A DNA stretch of 64,000 bases. Source: Eledone cirrhosa. Taxonomy: Eukaryota. The position numbers and the translations under genes were made by a program. The DNA is taken from the NCBI GenBank assembly GCA_964016885.1, contig OZ024742.1, positions 202,616,001 through 202,680,000 on the forward strand, read 5' to 3'. Positions 13,835-28,775 of this stretch are shown in pieces (the stretch's first letter is position 1; every line of letters starts with the position of its first letter). The notes below the pieces were generated by a model. That model was not told where the DNA came from and made no database searches. It saw only the letters and a program-made list of their open reading frames with translations.

Positions 13835-15694
13835 GAAATGACAGGAGGCTGGATTTGTGTAAATCCTTGAAAGGTTTATTATACTATGATCATTTCAATG
13901 ACCGGGTTCCGTATGAATCCGGTGATATCATCAGGTATTCGAAATATAATAAGTGAATGTAATAGATAAAATCCATGGGGCTGAAAATCAAGGACCCGAG
14001 GGCGACCGCCATCCAGCATCTTCTACCTTTGCCGGTCGCCCTCGAGTGAATACAATTAACGTTTCTTCATAAAAGACTCTCTTTAACTAAACCCCGCAAC
14101 CCAAAACCTTTAAAAAGTTTTTTTTAATGTTTAATTTTCAATTTTCTGTTTGTTCAATTCTCAATCTTCTTACTCTTTAATTTTATAATGTTATTCTGAA
14201 TTTTTTCAACTTCATCCTATAAATTTAAACAATATTTTAATGTTCCAACATTCTGTCGGACTGTTGGGTTGGTTTTCCTGGCGGCGGGACCGGCCTGCCT
14301 ACCTTGAGTGCTTGGAAAAATAAATTTCCCCTTCTTTCGGTAAATGAAACTACTCGGAGTGGCTTGATTCGCCCCAGGGGCCCGGCAGCACAGCCGGTTT
14401 TTTAACCGCCACATAGTACCTTTAAATTACAGATCAAATCAGAACTATTAGATATATCACGCCTCCCTCTACTTAAGCAAACCCCCCTCCCGGGTAAAGG
14501 AATAATACTGGTTTTGTACAAGAATGGCCTAACGATGCGGGCTGACTTCCTGCTGGCGCAACTGAAGCCTGTTATACATTCCTAGAGTGCTCGGAAAAAT
14601 CGATTTCCATATATTTCGCTAGGCGATATCACTCGAAGTAATGGGCTGGGCTGCCCAAGCTTGTAGTCGCCGCATGCTGTTTGACGGCTAAACAAAGACA
14701 TAATCTTTACTCTATAATAAAATTTAAGTGTCTTCATAAAAGGCTCTTTCTTTGCCTAAACTTCGCAACCTTAAAAATGTTAAACTGTTTAACTTTAAAT
14801 TTTCTAATTCCTTTAATATTAAATATTAATTTTTAACTTCATCCTATAAGTCTAAACAAAAACGTAACGTTCCAATCTTCTGCTCGCACATTATAACACA
14901 CTGACCCCACTATATTTATCTCTGCTAAGATACGGGTCCCTGTAAAAAAATTTTTTCGCGCCACTCCTGGCCTGACTGTAGTCTGACATTAATATGGACC
15001 TTTCTTCCTCTTCCTTTCTATCTTTCTTCTTGTAGCCATCAACCCTGACTTTTCTACTTCTTCCTTTTCTTCCTTCTCTTCTCCCTTCTTTCTGTCTTCC
15101 TCCCGCTGACTTATCTTCCTTCCCCTTTTTGTCTGGCCTGACTCTAATACCGACCTTTCCTCCTCTTTCTTTCTGTCTTTCTTCTTATAGCTGACATTAA
15201 CCCCCTTCTTCTCTCTTCTTTCTTTCTTTCTTTCTTTTTTCTTGTGGCATGTTATTAACGCTAACTTATGTTCCCATCCCTTTCTGTTTTCCTTTATTTG
15301 ACCGGTAGTAGCACACTGTAAGCTTTAACCACGTCACTCGAGGGCGACCGGAAAAGGTAGAAGATGTTGGATGGCGGTCGCCCTCGGGTCCTTGATTTTC
15401 AGCCCCATGGATTTTATCTATTACATTTACTTATTATATTTCAAATACCTGATGATATCACCGGATTCATACGGAACCGGTCATTGAAATAATCATAGTA
15501 TAATAAACCTTTCAAGGATTTACACAAATCCAGCCTCCTGTCATTTCATTATAATATTTAACTCCGTAATAGCACCACCAACTACAAAAACAAGACGGTT
15601 GAACTGCTTTACGTTGAGTACTCTCTATATTATTACATTGCGATTGACCATACGGAATTGACCAGCTCTATCCAGTGGTGAACCTCAAACCTGA
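13827..15694 (+). mobile_element. Non-coding PLE derivative: inverted arms 13827-14049 / 15334-15555, tail to ~15694, in (TA)n
   Basis: ~220-bp near-perfect inverted repeat with a hammerhead in both arms. Internal degenerate duplications (14060-14260 ~ 14730-14885). Confidence 0.8.
15445..15501 (+). ncRNA. Hammerhead ribozyme (inverted copy 13881-13938, minus strand)
   Basis: atac-CTGATGA-..accgg..ccggt..-GAAA-t(g/a)atca-TA-gtat. Confidence 0.72.
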
Positions 15695-15771
15695 ATATAT
15701 ATATATATATATATAAATGTAAGTATGTATGTATACGTACATACATATATGTATACAGACGTACATTAGTA

Positions 15772-15811
<40 letters not shown>

Positions 15812-16263
15812 TATACACATATGCATACAGGTACACATACATATATGCACGCATCAGTTTAGCGGACGTTTATTATAGCGCCCGCTTTGTTCGTTTGTTT
15901 GTCAACAAATCGAACAGCCTGAATTTATGCCATACGGTGTTAAGGCAACCACGTCACCTTTTTGTTCAACACTGACACAGGAACGATGTACTAGTTTCAA
16001 GCTTGTTAGCTATCATCAGCACCTTTTACCCATCTGCCAGATAGTAGAACGTTCGAAAGTATATACTTTCCTTATGAAAATTAACGGCTGAGCAGCCTAA
16101 TTTGCATATTGAGTGAGTTAAATCGGTCAGGCATACCGGAAACGATAAGTTGAAAAAAATGAAAACGAAATTTCATTTCTCACTCTTAGTATGGCACTTA
16201 CTTAAATGTAAGTATGTATGTTTACGTACATACATATATGTATACAGACGTACAGTAGCACGC

Positions 16264-16294
<31 letters not shown>

Positions 16295-16613
16295 TATACA
16301 CATATGCATACAGGTACACATACATATATGCACGCATCAGTTTAGCGGACGTTTATTATAGCGCCCGGTTTGTTCGTTTGTTTGTCAACAAATCGAACAG
16401 CCTGAATTTATGCCATACGGTGTTAAGGCAACCACGTCACCTTTTTGTTCAACACTGACACAGGAACGATGTACTAGTTTCAAGCTTGTTAGCTATCATC
16501 AGCACCGTTTACCCATCTGCCAGATAGTTGAACGTTCGAACGCCATACTAAGAGTGAGAAATGAAATTTCGTTTTCATTTTTTTCAACTTATATATATAT
16601 ATATATATATATA

Positions 16614-16879
16614 TTGGTAAACGGAATAGAAAATGCTGACAAATTGTTCACAGTTGAAAAATGGTTTAATTAGGAATAAAAGAGTATTAATGATTGCATT
16701 TAGAAATGCGCAACCGGTAAAAACTTAAAAACTTAAAACCACAACTGAATACTAACCCATACAATCACTAATACTCTTTTATTCCTAATTAAACCATTTT
16801 TCAACTGTGAACAATTTGTCAGCATTTTCTATTCCGTTTACCAATATATAATAACTTGTGTGTTACACCTCTATTCTTT

Positions 16880-16883
<4 letters not shown>
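16614..16883 (+). mobile_element. Mini fold-back derivative of the large PLE at 25331-33606
   Basis: 16697-16883 matches 28561-28747. 16614-16696 is an inverted copy of its 3' part. Flanked by (TA)n. Confidence 0.9.
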
Positions 16884-16904
<21 letters not shown>

Positions 16905-16917
<13 letters not shown>

Positions 16918-17515
16918 CAAGTCGGTCTGTGTGTGTGTGTGTGTGTGTGTGTCTGTCTGTGAACAAATACTAGGCTCCTTTTAACTTTTGAAGTACTAGG
17001 CCGATTTCAACCAAATTTGGCACACATGTTGCTTATATGCCAGAGCAGGTTTTGGACAAATGCAAAATTTGAAAAAAAATCGATATTGGGACCGAAAAAT
17101 CGATTTGTGTGTGTATCTGTCTGTGTACTAATACTAGGCTCCTTTTAACTTTTGAAGTACTAGGCCGATTTGCTTCAAGGAATATTTCTATGTCCAGTAG
17201 ATGGTCAAGGTGGTAGTGGCCGCGCCATCTTACGCATAGGGTTTAGTCTACTGAAGGACATAGGTGCGTCTATTCCATCTTTATCCCCTACTGCAGCAAG
17301 GCCGGACCTGAAATCATTCATGTCAATTAACTCAAGCTACCCCAGGAATTGTATTTATGTTGCCGTTTATTTCACTCAATCATGTCACTGTACACCCATT
17401 TTGTTAAACTTTTTTTTACAATTACATTTCAATTCTTTGCTCAACCTTTGGCTCTCTTTATACGGACAAACAAGCTGTCAGTCATTTCCCGAGCAACGCC
17501 GGGTACATCTGCTAG
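16905..17515 (+). mobile_element. Non-autonomous Helitron-like element
   Basis: 5' TATATAAAA..(TGTC) microsatellite..ccgatttcaaccaaatttggcacac. 3' GC hairpin cccgagcaacgccggg followed by CTAG at 17512-17515. Confidence 0.7.
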
Positions 17516-17625
<110 letters not shown>

Positions 17626-17977
17626 TGTGTGAGTGTGTGTGCGTGTGGACATATACACAAAGCAGATCTACCATATAATTTAGCTGTCTATTTCATAGAT
17701 CAATTAAACCTTATGTGATTCAATAATAATGCACGTCATCAATACAACAGCTTACTTGCCTCACATTGATAGATTAATTTTAGCAAAGCTGAATAATAAT
17801 CGATCTCTCACATTGGTATTTATTTGGTCTTACGCATACATTCATTGATTTAAGATCAAAATCATACACACTCAAACGCATACCCACACGTACGTGTTCG
17901 TGTGTGTGTGTGAGACTGTGTGTGTGTGTGTGTGCATATGTGTGTATGTGTGTGTGTGTGTGTGTGTGCGTGTGCGT

Positions 17978-18025
<48 letters not shown>

Positions 18026-18065
18026 ATTTATATGCATATATAAAATATAATATAATATAATATTA

Positions 18066-18478
18066 TAGAAGGAATTTGTAGTTTACTTGAAGCATTGTAT
18101 ATGGCATAAAGAATTCGAAGTTGAAAGCCACAACAATACAGGTTTGGACGGAGAATAATTAAAACGTAAGAAACAGGGCTTGTTTTTTTACCTCAGTTTA
18201 TTCATATGTGCCGATATTTCGAGATTAATATCTCTTCTTCCGATGAAAATAAAGGAACTATTCCAGTGCCATGCGGCTTACTTTCCCACACTAAACCATA
18301 GCGAGTCACATCGGACACTGGAATTGTTCCTTATTTTCCTCGGAAGAAGAGATAACAATCTCGAAATATCAGGACATATGAATAGATTAAGGAAAAAAAA
18401 CAAGCCCTGTTTTTTCTGATTTATTTATTCTCCGTCCAAACCCGCATTGTCGTGTCTTTCAAACTTCGAATTATTTAT
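18066..18478. mobile_element. Diverged fold-back element in (TATAA)n/(TTATA)n
   Basis: ~18106-18290 is inverted relative to ~18303-18478, with an extra tail on the left. Degenerate hammerhead-like cggaaga-agagat..atctc-gaaa. Confidence 0.7.
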
Positions 18479-18517
18479 ATTATATTATATTATATTACAT
18501 TGTATTATATTATATTA

Positions 18518-18710
18518 GGGATGGTGGATTGGCAGTATCGGTAGAAGGTCGGACACCATACTTTCCAGCATAGAGTTACGGCCCTTGCCATTCTGAGTTC
18601 AAATCCCGCCGAGGTTAACTTTGCCTTTCATCCTTACGGGGTTGATAAAATAAAGTACCAGTAATACACTGGGTACTTGGTGGACTTGTGCCAAAAGTAG
18701 AAACAATTAT
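18518..18710 (+). mobile_element. tRNA-derived SINE (related copies ~51772-51925, 53125-53185, 53270-53432, 49290-49342)
   Basis: A-box ttggcagtatcgg, B-box gagttcaaatcc, shared gccgaggttaactttgcctttcatcct..gataaaataaagtaccag. Confidence 0.8.
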
Positions 18711-18731
18711 ATTATATTATGTTATATTTTA

Positions 18732-19408
18732 TCTGCCGCTCATATCGAATTTTGTTTATCGTGAACTCGTGCGCCGATTTTTCGATACTCGATTATTCTA
18801 CTATATTTAGCTCTAGACCTAGCTATTGACCAGTTAATTTTATTGTTCATTTTTTGTCGATTCTATTAAATGATGAATAGCTCCTGTTTATTTTAACATG
18901 TCTATTGAGCACTCTTATTCGATATGTGTATTTCCACATTTTCCCGAATATTTTTCGCGGATATAGAGGTTATCTCCCTTGCTGAATTCCATGTGCGTAT
19001 TTAGCCTGGGTTATGCCTTTTCATTCGTTTGGACAAAGCTCGTTGAGGAAGTAAATTTCCCGTCCGCTGGCATCTAGAAGTCTTATATATTTTTATGTGA
19101 GCTGATAGAGGACAGTTTAAGGATTTACAGAAACCCAAGAAGCTAGATTTACCATCTTTCTAGCGGGTCCGGGTATGCTTTTTACATTCATTTGATTTAT
19201 TGATTTATTGATTTTTTATCTGAGTGTCCCGAATCTTCCAGATCGCAATGTTTCGGTCGTATGGTTGATTATAGACTTGTTCTATGTGTGACGGTATTTT
19301 AACGATAGTTATAGCTCTGATTTATCTAAATTATTGAGCCCTCTGCCGCTCATATCGAATTTTGTTTATCGTGAACTCGTGCGCCGATTTTTCGATACTC
19401 GATTATTC

Positions 19409-19413
<5 letters not shown>
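18732..19413 (+). mobile_element. Terminally redundant 610-bp non-coding element
   Basis: 72-bp direct repeat 18732-18803 = 19342-19413, ending in (TA)n. Bulged stem-loop motif at 18810-18910. Confidence 0.75.
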
Positions 19414-19454
<41 letters not shown>

Positions 19455-19740
19455 GGAGGGGGTGTATGTATACACACACACGCACATTCATTAAATCACT
19501 TCATTTTTTTTTCATAGTACCACTAAATAACGCCATTTCCAGTATTGAAATAATGTTTCTTTAAACGGTTTCACTCTACTTTAAAAGAGACAGTGGATAA
19601 TATCACGTTCAGTTTTGAGACAATGGTTCTTTAAACCCTAGATAAGGAGACGGTCAGTATTGAAATAACATTTCTTCAAATTATTCCTTTCTAGTAGCAA
19701 ATCGATATTAACATCTCTCTCTCACTCTCACTCTCTCTCT

Positions 19741-19846
<106 letters not shown>

Positions 19847-19960
19847 TATATATATATATGTCACTTTGACTAATCAAGGGAAGGAAAAAAGAAAAACAGA
19901 CCCTTAAATATTACTCTCCGTGCTATTTCCAATTTCACCTTTTCTTTCTCTCCCTCTCTC

Positions 19961-19993
<33 letters not shown>

Positions 19994-20536
19994 TGCGCGC
20001 GTGCGTGCGCGTGTGTGTATATGTATATATATATATCCTTATTAAATATAGAAATGGCTTCTAAAGGACTAGAACTGTTTTATTCAGGCCATTACTGATG
20101 GGTTCATACGAATGAAACAGTTCTAGTCCCGTAGAAGCCATTTCTATATTTGCTGCAAAGTACTTTATTTCAGGACAGCGCACTAATAGGCAGAAAAAAG
20201 AAAGAATGAACCAACACTGAGACGGCGACCACCACCGCCACCAGAAAATCAACAACAACGCCATAAACAATATCAGACTCAACACCCAATTATCATCAAC
20301 ACCTCCAGCATCAACAACAACAACGACCATACTAACAACACCCACAGCCAGAAGCACACAAACCACCACGACGACAACAGCAAGAACAATAGCTATATAA
20401 GAACAATTCCACACACTACCACAGCCACGGCCAACAGCAACAAATCCATCACCACCAAAAACAACAATAAATATAAAATTAAGGAAAAAAAAACAATGCT
20501 GCCATTAATACCACCAACGCCACCAACACCACTACT

Positions 20537-22280
<1,744 letters not shown>

Positions 22281-22848
22281 AAACACATAAATTTCATAGT
22301 CTACAAAGTGCACATATTCACACCATATATATAGAGAGGTACAGTTATATTGATATCTAACCAAAATATACATATGTGCAAATAGATGCAAACCTAAATA
22401 CACATCCACACGCATACATGTAATCATATATATACATATCCATATATATCTATATCCACACATACACATCTATACCCCAATATATACATATACATACACA
22501 TATACACATACATATATATATATATATATATATTAATAAGAGGAATTCCAACTTTGTCTGATTTACTCGTTTTATTTACAATCCTTTAAAATATATATAA
22601 TATGGTATTATAATGAAATAGTATGATAGAATATTAAATTCTATGTGTTAATTGAACAAGTACTTTCATGGTTTCGCAATCTTCAGGTTCATGATATGTG
22701 GTGACAGTCGAGTTTGCAATTTTCAAGTGTATATATACACACACACACATACATACAAACATATATACATGTCCATACATATAGTCACACACACACACAC
22801 ATACATACATACATACATACATACATACATACACACATATACATATAT

Positions 22849-22885
<37 letters not shown>

Positions 22886-22891
<6 letters not shown>

Positions 22892-23107
22892 GATCGATCG
22901 ACTTTCGTCAAATCGGACCGAGGAAACAATGTTTCCGTTGGTCATTCCAGTTGCTAGTACTATCTATCGGTCGCAACTCCAGGTAGAAGGAGCAACGTGA
23001 AATAAAGTGTCTTGCTCAAGGACATAACGCATCGCCCTGTCCAGGAATCGAACTCACAACCTCAACATTGTGAATCCAATTCTCTAATCACTCAGCAACA
23101 CGCCTTC

Positions 23108-23111
<4 letters not shown>
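22886..23111 (-). mobile_element. tRNA-derived SINE, full length, between (TA)n tracts
   Basis: Minus strand has A-box tgctgagtgattaga, B-box gagttcgattcc, the central domain and a structured 3' tail. Confidence 0.8.
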
Positions 23112-23182
<71 letters not shown>

Positions 23183-23201
23183 CACACACACACACATTCA
23201 C

Positions 23202-23232
<31 letters not shown>

Positions 23233-23310
23233 CACTTGTGTGAGCATATGTACACTCTTCTTACATGTGCACATACTGATATAAACATTCATACATCTAT
23301 ACTCACATAT

Positions 23311-23345
<35 letters not shown>

Positions 23346-23478
23346 CATACACATACATACACACATACATACATATATACACATACATATACACACCCAT
23401 ATATATATATACATATACATATTCAAGCATATACATATATACACATATACACATATATAAACATATATATACATATAT

Positions 23479-23545
<67 letters not shown>

Positions 23546-23791
23546 AATATATACACACATAAATATATTTCCATATCATACATAGATGTTTATTTTCATT
23601 CATGCAATTACGGGTGGCTGTGTATCTTGTTGCCTTTAGTCATTAACGCATACATCTAAGGAAGCTAAAATATTAAAAGGAAAAAATAAGCATGAAAGCA
23701 TATAATTAGGGGAAAGAGGTACTGATAAATGTTATTCTATACGGAATTATAGTGAGTTGCTATTTAGAATATTTAATTAGGTTTATAGTAT

Positions 23792-24680
23792 TTAATTAGG
23801 TTTAGAGTATTTAAATGTTTTTTGTATACGGTGATTACAGACTATGATCAATTCCTGTCTTTTATTTAATAAATCGTCCTTAGATTTAATTATTTCCAAG
23901 ATCTCGCCTGAACATAATCCGCATTCCCTCCTGTTTCCAAGATATGGAGTTCTTTGTAGAATAGTGTTCCACGATAACTTGAAATCTATTTTTTTCTTTT
24001 TATAATTATTTACCGCTTCAGCTAAAGATGTGGTGTTTGATAGTTTAGTATTGTTGAAACTACTAGAGTGTGCGTAAAATCTTTTCTTAAATGTGTTTGA
24101 TGTAGATCCTATATATGTTTTGTTGGAGTCTGTAGTAGACACAGTGCATCTATATACTGCATTATTAATCAAACAGTTTCCATTTAAGGGGCAAATGCTT
24201 CTATTTCTGCAATTACAGCCATACGTAAGATGGTTTGGGGGGTGCCTATACTATTCTCATTTATTCTTAAGCTATTCCTATTGTAATTAATGATAGCAGG
24301 AGAATGAAGGTTGCTTTGTGGGTGGTTTGGTGCTAGAGTTGTATTGTAATTTTGTGTTCTGTTGTTTTTGTGTTGGTGATTTAGGTGGTTGTGTTTTCTA
24401 GGTTGAAGGATTGTATTATTTGTTTTTTTAAAAGGCGCAGTCCTATTTAAATTATGTTGCGGTGGTGTAGTCATATTATTTTTAAGTTCATAAATGTTGT
24501 AGTTGCTTATTTTTTGTTTGAGATTGTTTGATGTAGAGTATGAGAATTTAAAAGTATATTTGTTAAATATTTGGTGGTATCTGTGGTTTAGTGGAAAATG
24601 TTTATGTAATATTTCAAAGAATTTTTGGGGGATTTGTCCAATAGTTTGCAGATTGAGGGGTGAGTGCGTTGGTACAACGC
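23792..24680 (-). pseudogene. PLE 3' fragment (RT C-terminal region plus GIY-YIG)
   Basis: ORF 23792..24172 has AVYRC..TYIGSTSNTFKKRFYAH..CGLCSGE..LNKRQE..CNH. Upstream: KHFPLNHRYHQIFNKYTFKFSYSTS. Confidence 0.88.
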
Positions 24681-24780
24681 ACCCTTCTACTAAATATATA
24701 TATATATTAACACCTTTATATATTTATAATATATATTTATAATGTATATTTATAATGTATATATATATATATATATATGT

Positions 24781-24874
<94 letters not shown>

Positions 24875-24895
24875 GTATTTATTTATTTATTTATT

Positions 24896-25284
24896 TATTA
24901 AAATAACAGATTAAAGTTTAAGCAAAGAATTGCTGCATGCACCCTTAACGGGATCTTCTGAAACTAAAAAATCAATCTGTGAACGCAGAAGTAAATATTT
25001 CGAAAATCGTTGCAACCTAAGGAAAACAGGAATACGATAGTTTGGTTCGTGGAGACGTTCCCTGGCAATGAACGTAAAGAACGAAGGTAATACGTCATTA
25101 TGTGGAGCGGTGAAAAACAATTACACGCAAAGACAAAACCACATTTATGGTATAAATGAAGTCGTAGACTAAAATTCTTTTTAGGAAACTATTTGCTCTA
25201 CAGTTTATATATATATATATATTAATATATATATTATACTTAACGAGTCCTCTTCGAATTTTAGTCTTCACATTTATTATTATT

Positions 25285-25290
<6 letters not shown>
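24896..25290. repeat. Dispersed pLTR-like family B (also 8290-8400, 34945-36170, 36890-37000, 39940-40060, 48262-49285)
   Basis: Shared ttattaaaataacagattaaagtttaagcaaagaatcgctgctttcacccttaacgggatcttctgaaact. Confidence 0.82.
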
Positions 25291-25334
<44 letters not shown>

Positions 25335-26264
25335 AAAGAATAGAGGTGTAACACACAAGTTATTATATATTGGTAAACGGAATAGAAAATGCTGACAAAT
25401 TGTTCACAGTTGAAAAATGGTTTAATTAGGAATAAAAGAGTATTAGTGATTGTATGGGTTAGTATTCAGTTGTGGTTTTAAGTTTTTAAGTTTTTACCGG
25501 TTGCGCATTTCTAAATGCTTTTCAAAAATAATTTTGAGATAGAGTGTCCGTGCTGTTTGCTCTGATCTGATTAGTTTTGGGAATTCTACCTGTTTTTATG
25601 TTAAAAAAGTGGCTCCAGCGTTATTTTTGTGTTGCAAAAATGCTTGTGGTCAAAACAAATTTGATTGGTCGGTAGAGGTCATGTGAATGTAAAAAGTTGA
25701 TTTTGCGCCAAGACTGTTTTTATGTTAAAAAAGTGGCTCCAGCAAAAATTCTTGGTCAAAACAATTTTGATTGGTCGGTAGAGGTCATGTGGATAAAAAA
25801 TTGGTTTTGCGCCAAGATTTAGAAATGACTCTTTCACAACAAATATGTGTGTGTGTGTGTGTGTATGTGTGTGTGTGTGTGTGTATGTGTGTGTGTGTGT
25901 GTGTGTGTATAGCAGAGTAATTCGATGGTCAGTAAGAATGTGTCTGAAAGCAATGGGGGGTATTTTAGCATGTCAAAAGATACTTTTCAGCTTTTGTCTT
26001 ATACGGAGAAGTGCGTGTGTGTGTGTGTGTGTATAAGTCTCTTTGTATGTTGATGTACGCGTGTGTATGTGTTTGTGTATATATGTGTGTGTGTGTGTGT
26101 GTGGGTAGACCAGTATTTTTTTCCCCCTGGTAAAATGGTGTACATTATTCGATTTTTTCAGTAAAATCGGTTCTCTTAATAGAACATCAAAAATCTTAAC
26201 AATAAAAGGTGTGAAATGATATTCACTATATATATATACACATACACATATTCACTACATATAT

Positions 26265-27755
26265 AAACCCTTCCTCAAGCACATCAAAAGCTATATAAGG
26301 GACGACCTAGATATGCTCAATCACCTCCCTAATATGCCACTTTCTGAACAAACCCTACTAGTGACGTTCGATGTAGTCAACCTATACTCCAACATCCCCC
26401 ACAACCTAGGAATAGAAGCTATCCAATTCTAGCTGGATAATTTCCACAATGAACTCCCACAACGCATCAAAAAAGAATTCGTGATAGAGGGACTCAAATT
26501 TATCTTGGAGAACAATTACTTCGTTTTCAATAACAAACCCTACAGGCAGAAATCTGGGACCGCTATGGGAACGAAAACAGCCCCTACTTATGCCAACCTA
26601 GTCATGGGATACTTGGAAATCACCCTCTACACTAAAGTCCTAAACAAATTTGGAAACACCCTCCACTTACACATTGAAAAGAACTGGAAGCGATATCTAG
26701 ATGACTGCTTCATCCTTTGGCACGAAAACATCGAAAAACTTAAAGAATTTCACACCCTTATAAATGGGCTCAACACAAATATTAACTTCACGATGGAATA
26801 CAGCCATCAACAACTCCCCTTCCTCGACATCCTCATTAAGATCCATAACAAAAATATAGAAACAGACATATACTACAAGCCCACAGACTCCAAGCAATAT
26901 CTCCCCTTCAACTCTTGCCACCCTAGACACGTTAAAATTAATATTCCCTACAACTTAGCCAAGAGAATCTGTACTATAGTCTCCAATAAAAACATCTGCT
27001 ACTTACGGCTACAAGAACTAAAGGACACACTCATAGGCAGGGACTACCCTGCATCACTAATTGACAATGGAATCCAACGTGCCCTAAAACTCAGTACCCA
27101 GGACCTTAGACACCCTAAAGTAAATCAACCAAAACTAAAAGCTCTTCCATACATCTCCACACACAACCCCCTCAACAATGAGGCCTTTGACACCATCCTC
27201 CAGAACATCCCTGTATTGAAAAAGGACCATAGAATGAACCAAATTCTACGAACACACGATATCATAAAGAGCAAAAGACAATCCAAGTCAATGAAAAACA
27301 TCTTAACACATGCCAAAGTACTGCCAACCACAACAACGAAACCCACAGTAAAAACATGCGATAGACCCAACTGTGGCATTTGCATCAACCTAATAGAGGG
27401 TTCGGAATTCTATTTCAAAGATGGACAACGTTTTATATTAAAACACAATTTCACATGTGCATCGGAAAATCTAATATATGTATTAACTTGTTCAGGTTGT
27501 CGAGAACAATACATAGGCCAGACCAAAAACAGCCTCCGCCAACGCATGACTGTCCATAGATCCCAAATTAAAATACGGGAATACAGGAAAATACCACTGA
27601 GTGAACACATTGATACCTGTGCCGCCCAAAATCATCCCAACTTCAGAATCTTTCCCCTCTACAAATTTAAAGATAATGCCACCCACACCCAGCGCATCAG
27701 CAAGGAATCTTACTTCATTAACAAATACGGACCCCGTCTAAACACTTCTCCCTAA
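26265..27755 (+). CDS. 5'-truncated but uninterrupted PLE RT/GIY-YIG frame
   Basis: FDVVNLYSNI, QKSGTAMGT, RYLDD, LPFLD, YYKPT, CDRPNCGIC, LIYVLTCSGCREQYIGQT..RQRMTVH. Confidence 0.93.
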
Positions 27756-28138
27756 GACGAACCCACAACATACACACGTCAACATACATACCTACATCAG
27801 CACACATCTCTACCTACATATAAACACAATGACACACGTAAACACACATGCTCTATGGTGCAATACAAAAACATATATGTGCATATATATGTATGTATAT
27901 ATGTATATATATATATATATGTAGTGAATATGTGTATGTGTATATATATATAGTGAATATCATTTCACACCTTTTATTGTTAAGATTTTTGATGTTCTAT
28001 TAAGAGAACCGATTTTACTGAAAAAATCGAATAATGTACACCATTTTACCAGGGGGAAAAAATACTGGTCCACCCACACACACACACACATATATACACA
28101 AACACATACACACGCGTACATCAACATACAAAGAGACT

Positions 28139-28215
<77 letters not shown>

Positions 28216-28775
28216 TCACACACACACACACATATTTGTTGTGAAAGAGTCATTCCTCAATCTTGGCGCAAAACCAATTTTTTATCCACATGACCTCTAC
28301 CGACCAATCAAAATTGTTTTGACCAAGAATTTTTGCTGGAGCCACTTTTTTAACATAAAAACAGTCTTGGCGCAAAATCAACTTTTTACATTCACATGAC
28401 CTCTACCGACCAATCAAAATTGTTTTGACCACAAGCATTTTTGCAACACAAAAATAACGCTGGAGCCACTTTTTTAACATAAAAACAGGTAGAATTCCCA
28501 AAACTAATCAGATCAGAGCAAACAGCACGGACACTCTATCTCAAAATTATTTTTGAAAAGCATTTAGAAATGCGCAACCGGTAAAAACTTAAAAACTTAA
28601 AACCACAACTGAATACTAACCCATACAATCACTAATACTCTTTTATTCCTAATTAAACCATTTTTCAACTGTGAACAATTTGTCAGCATTTTCTATTCCG
28701 TTTACCAATATATAATAACTTGTGTGTTACACCTCTATTCTTTTAACTATCATATCCTCACACGAGATACAGAAA

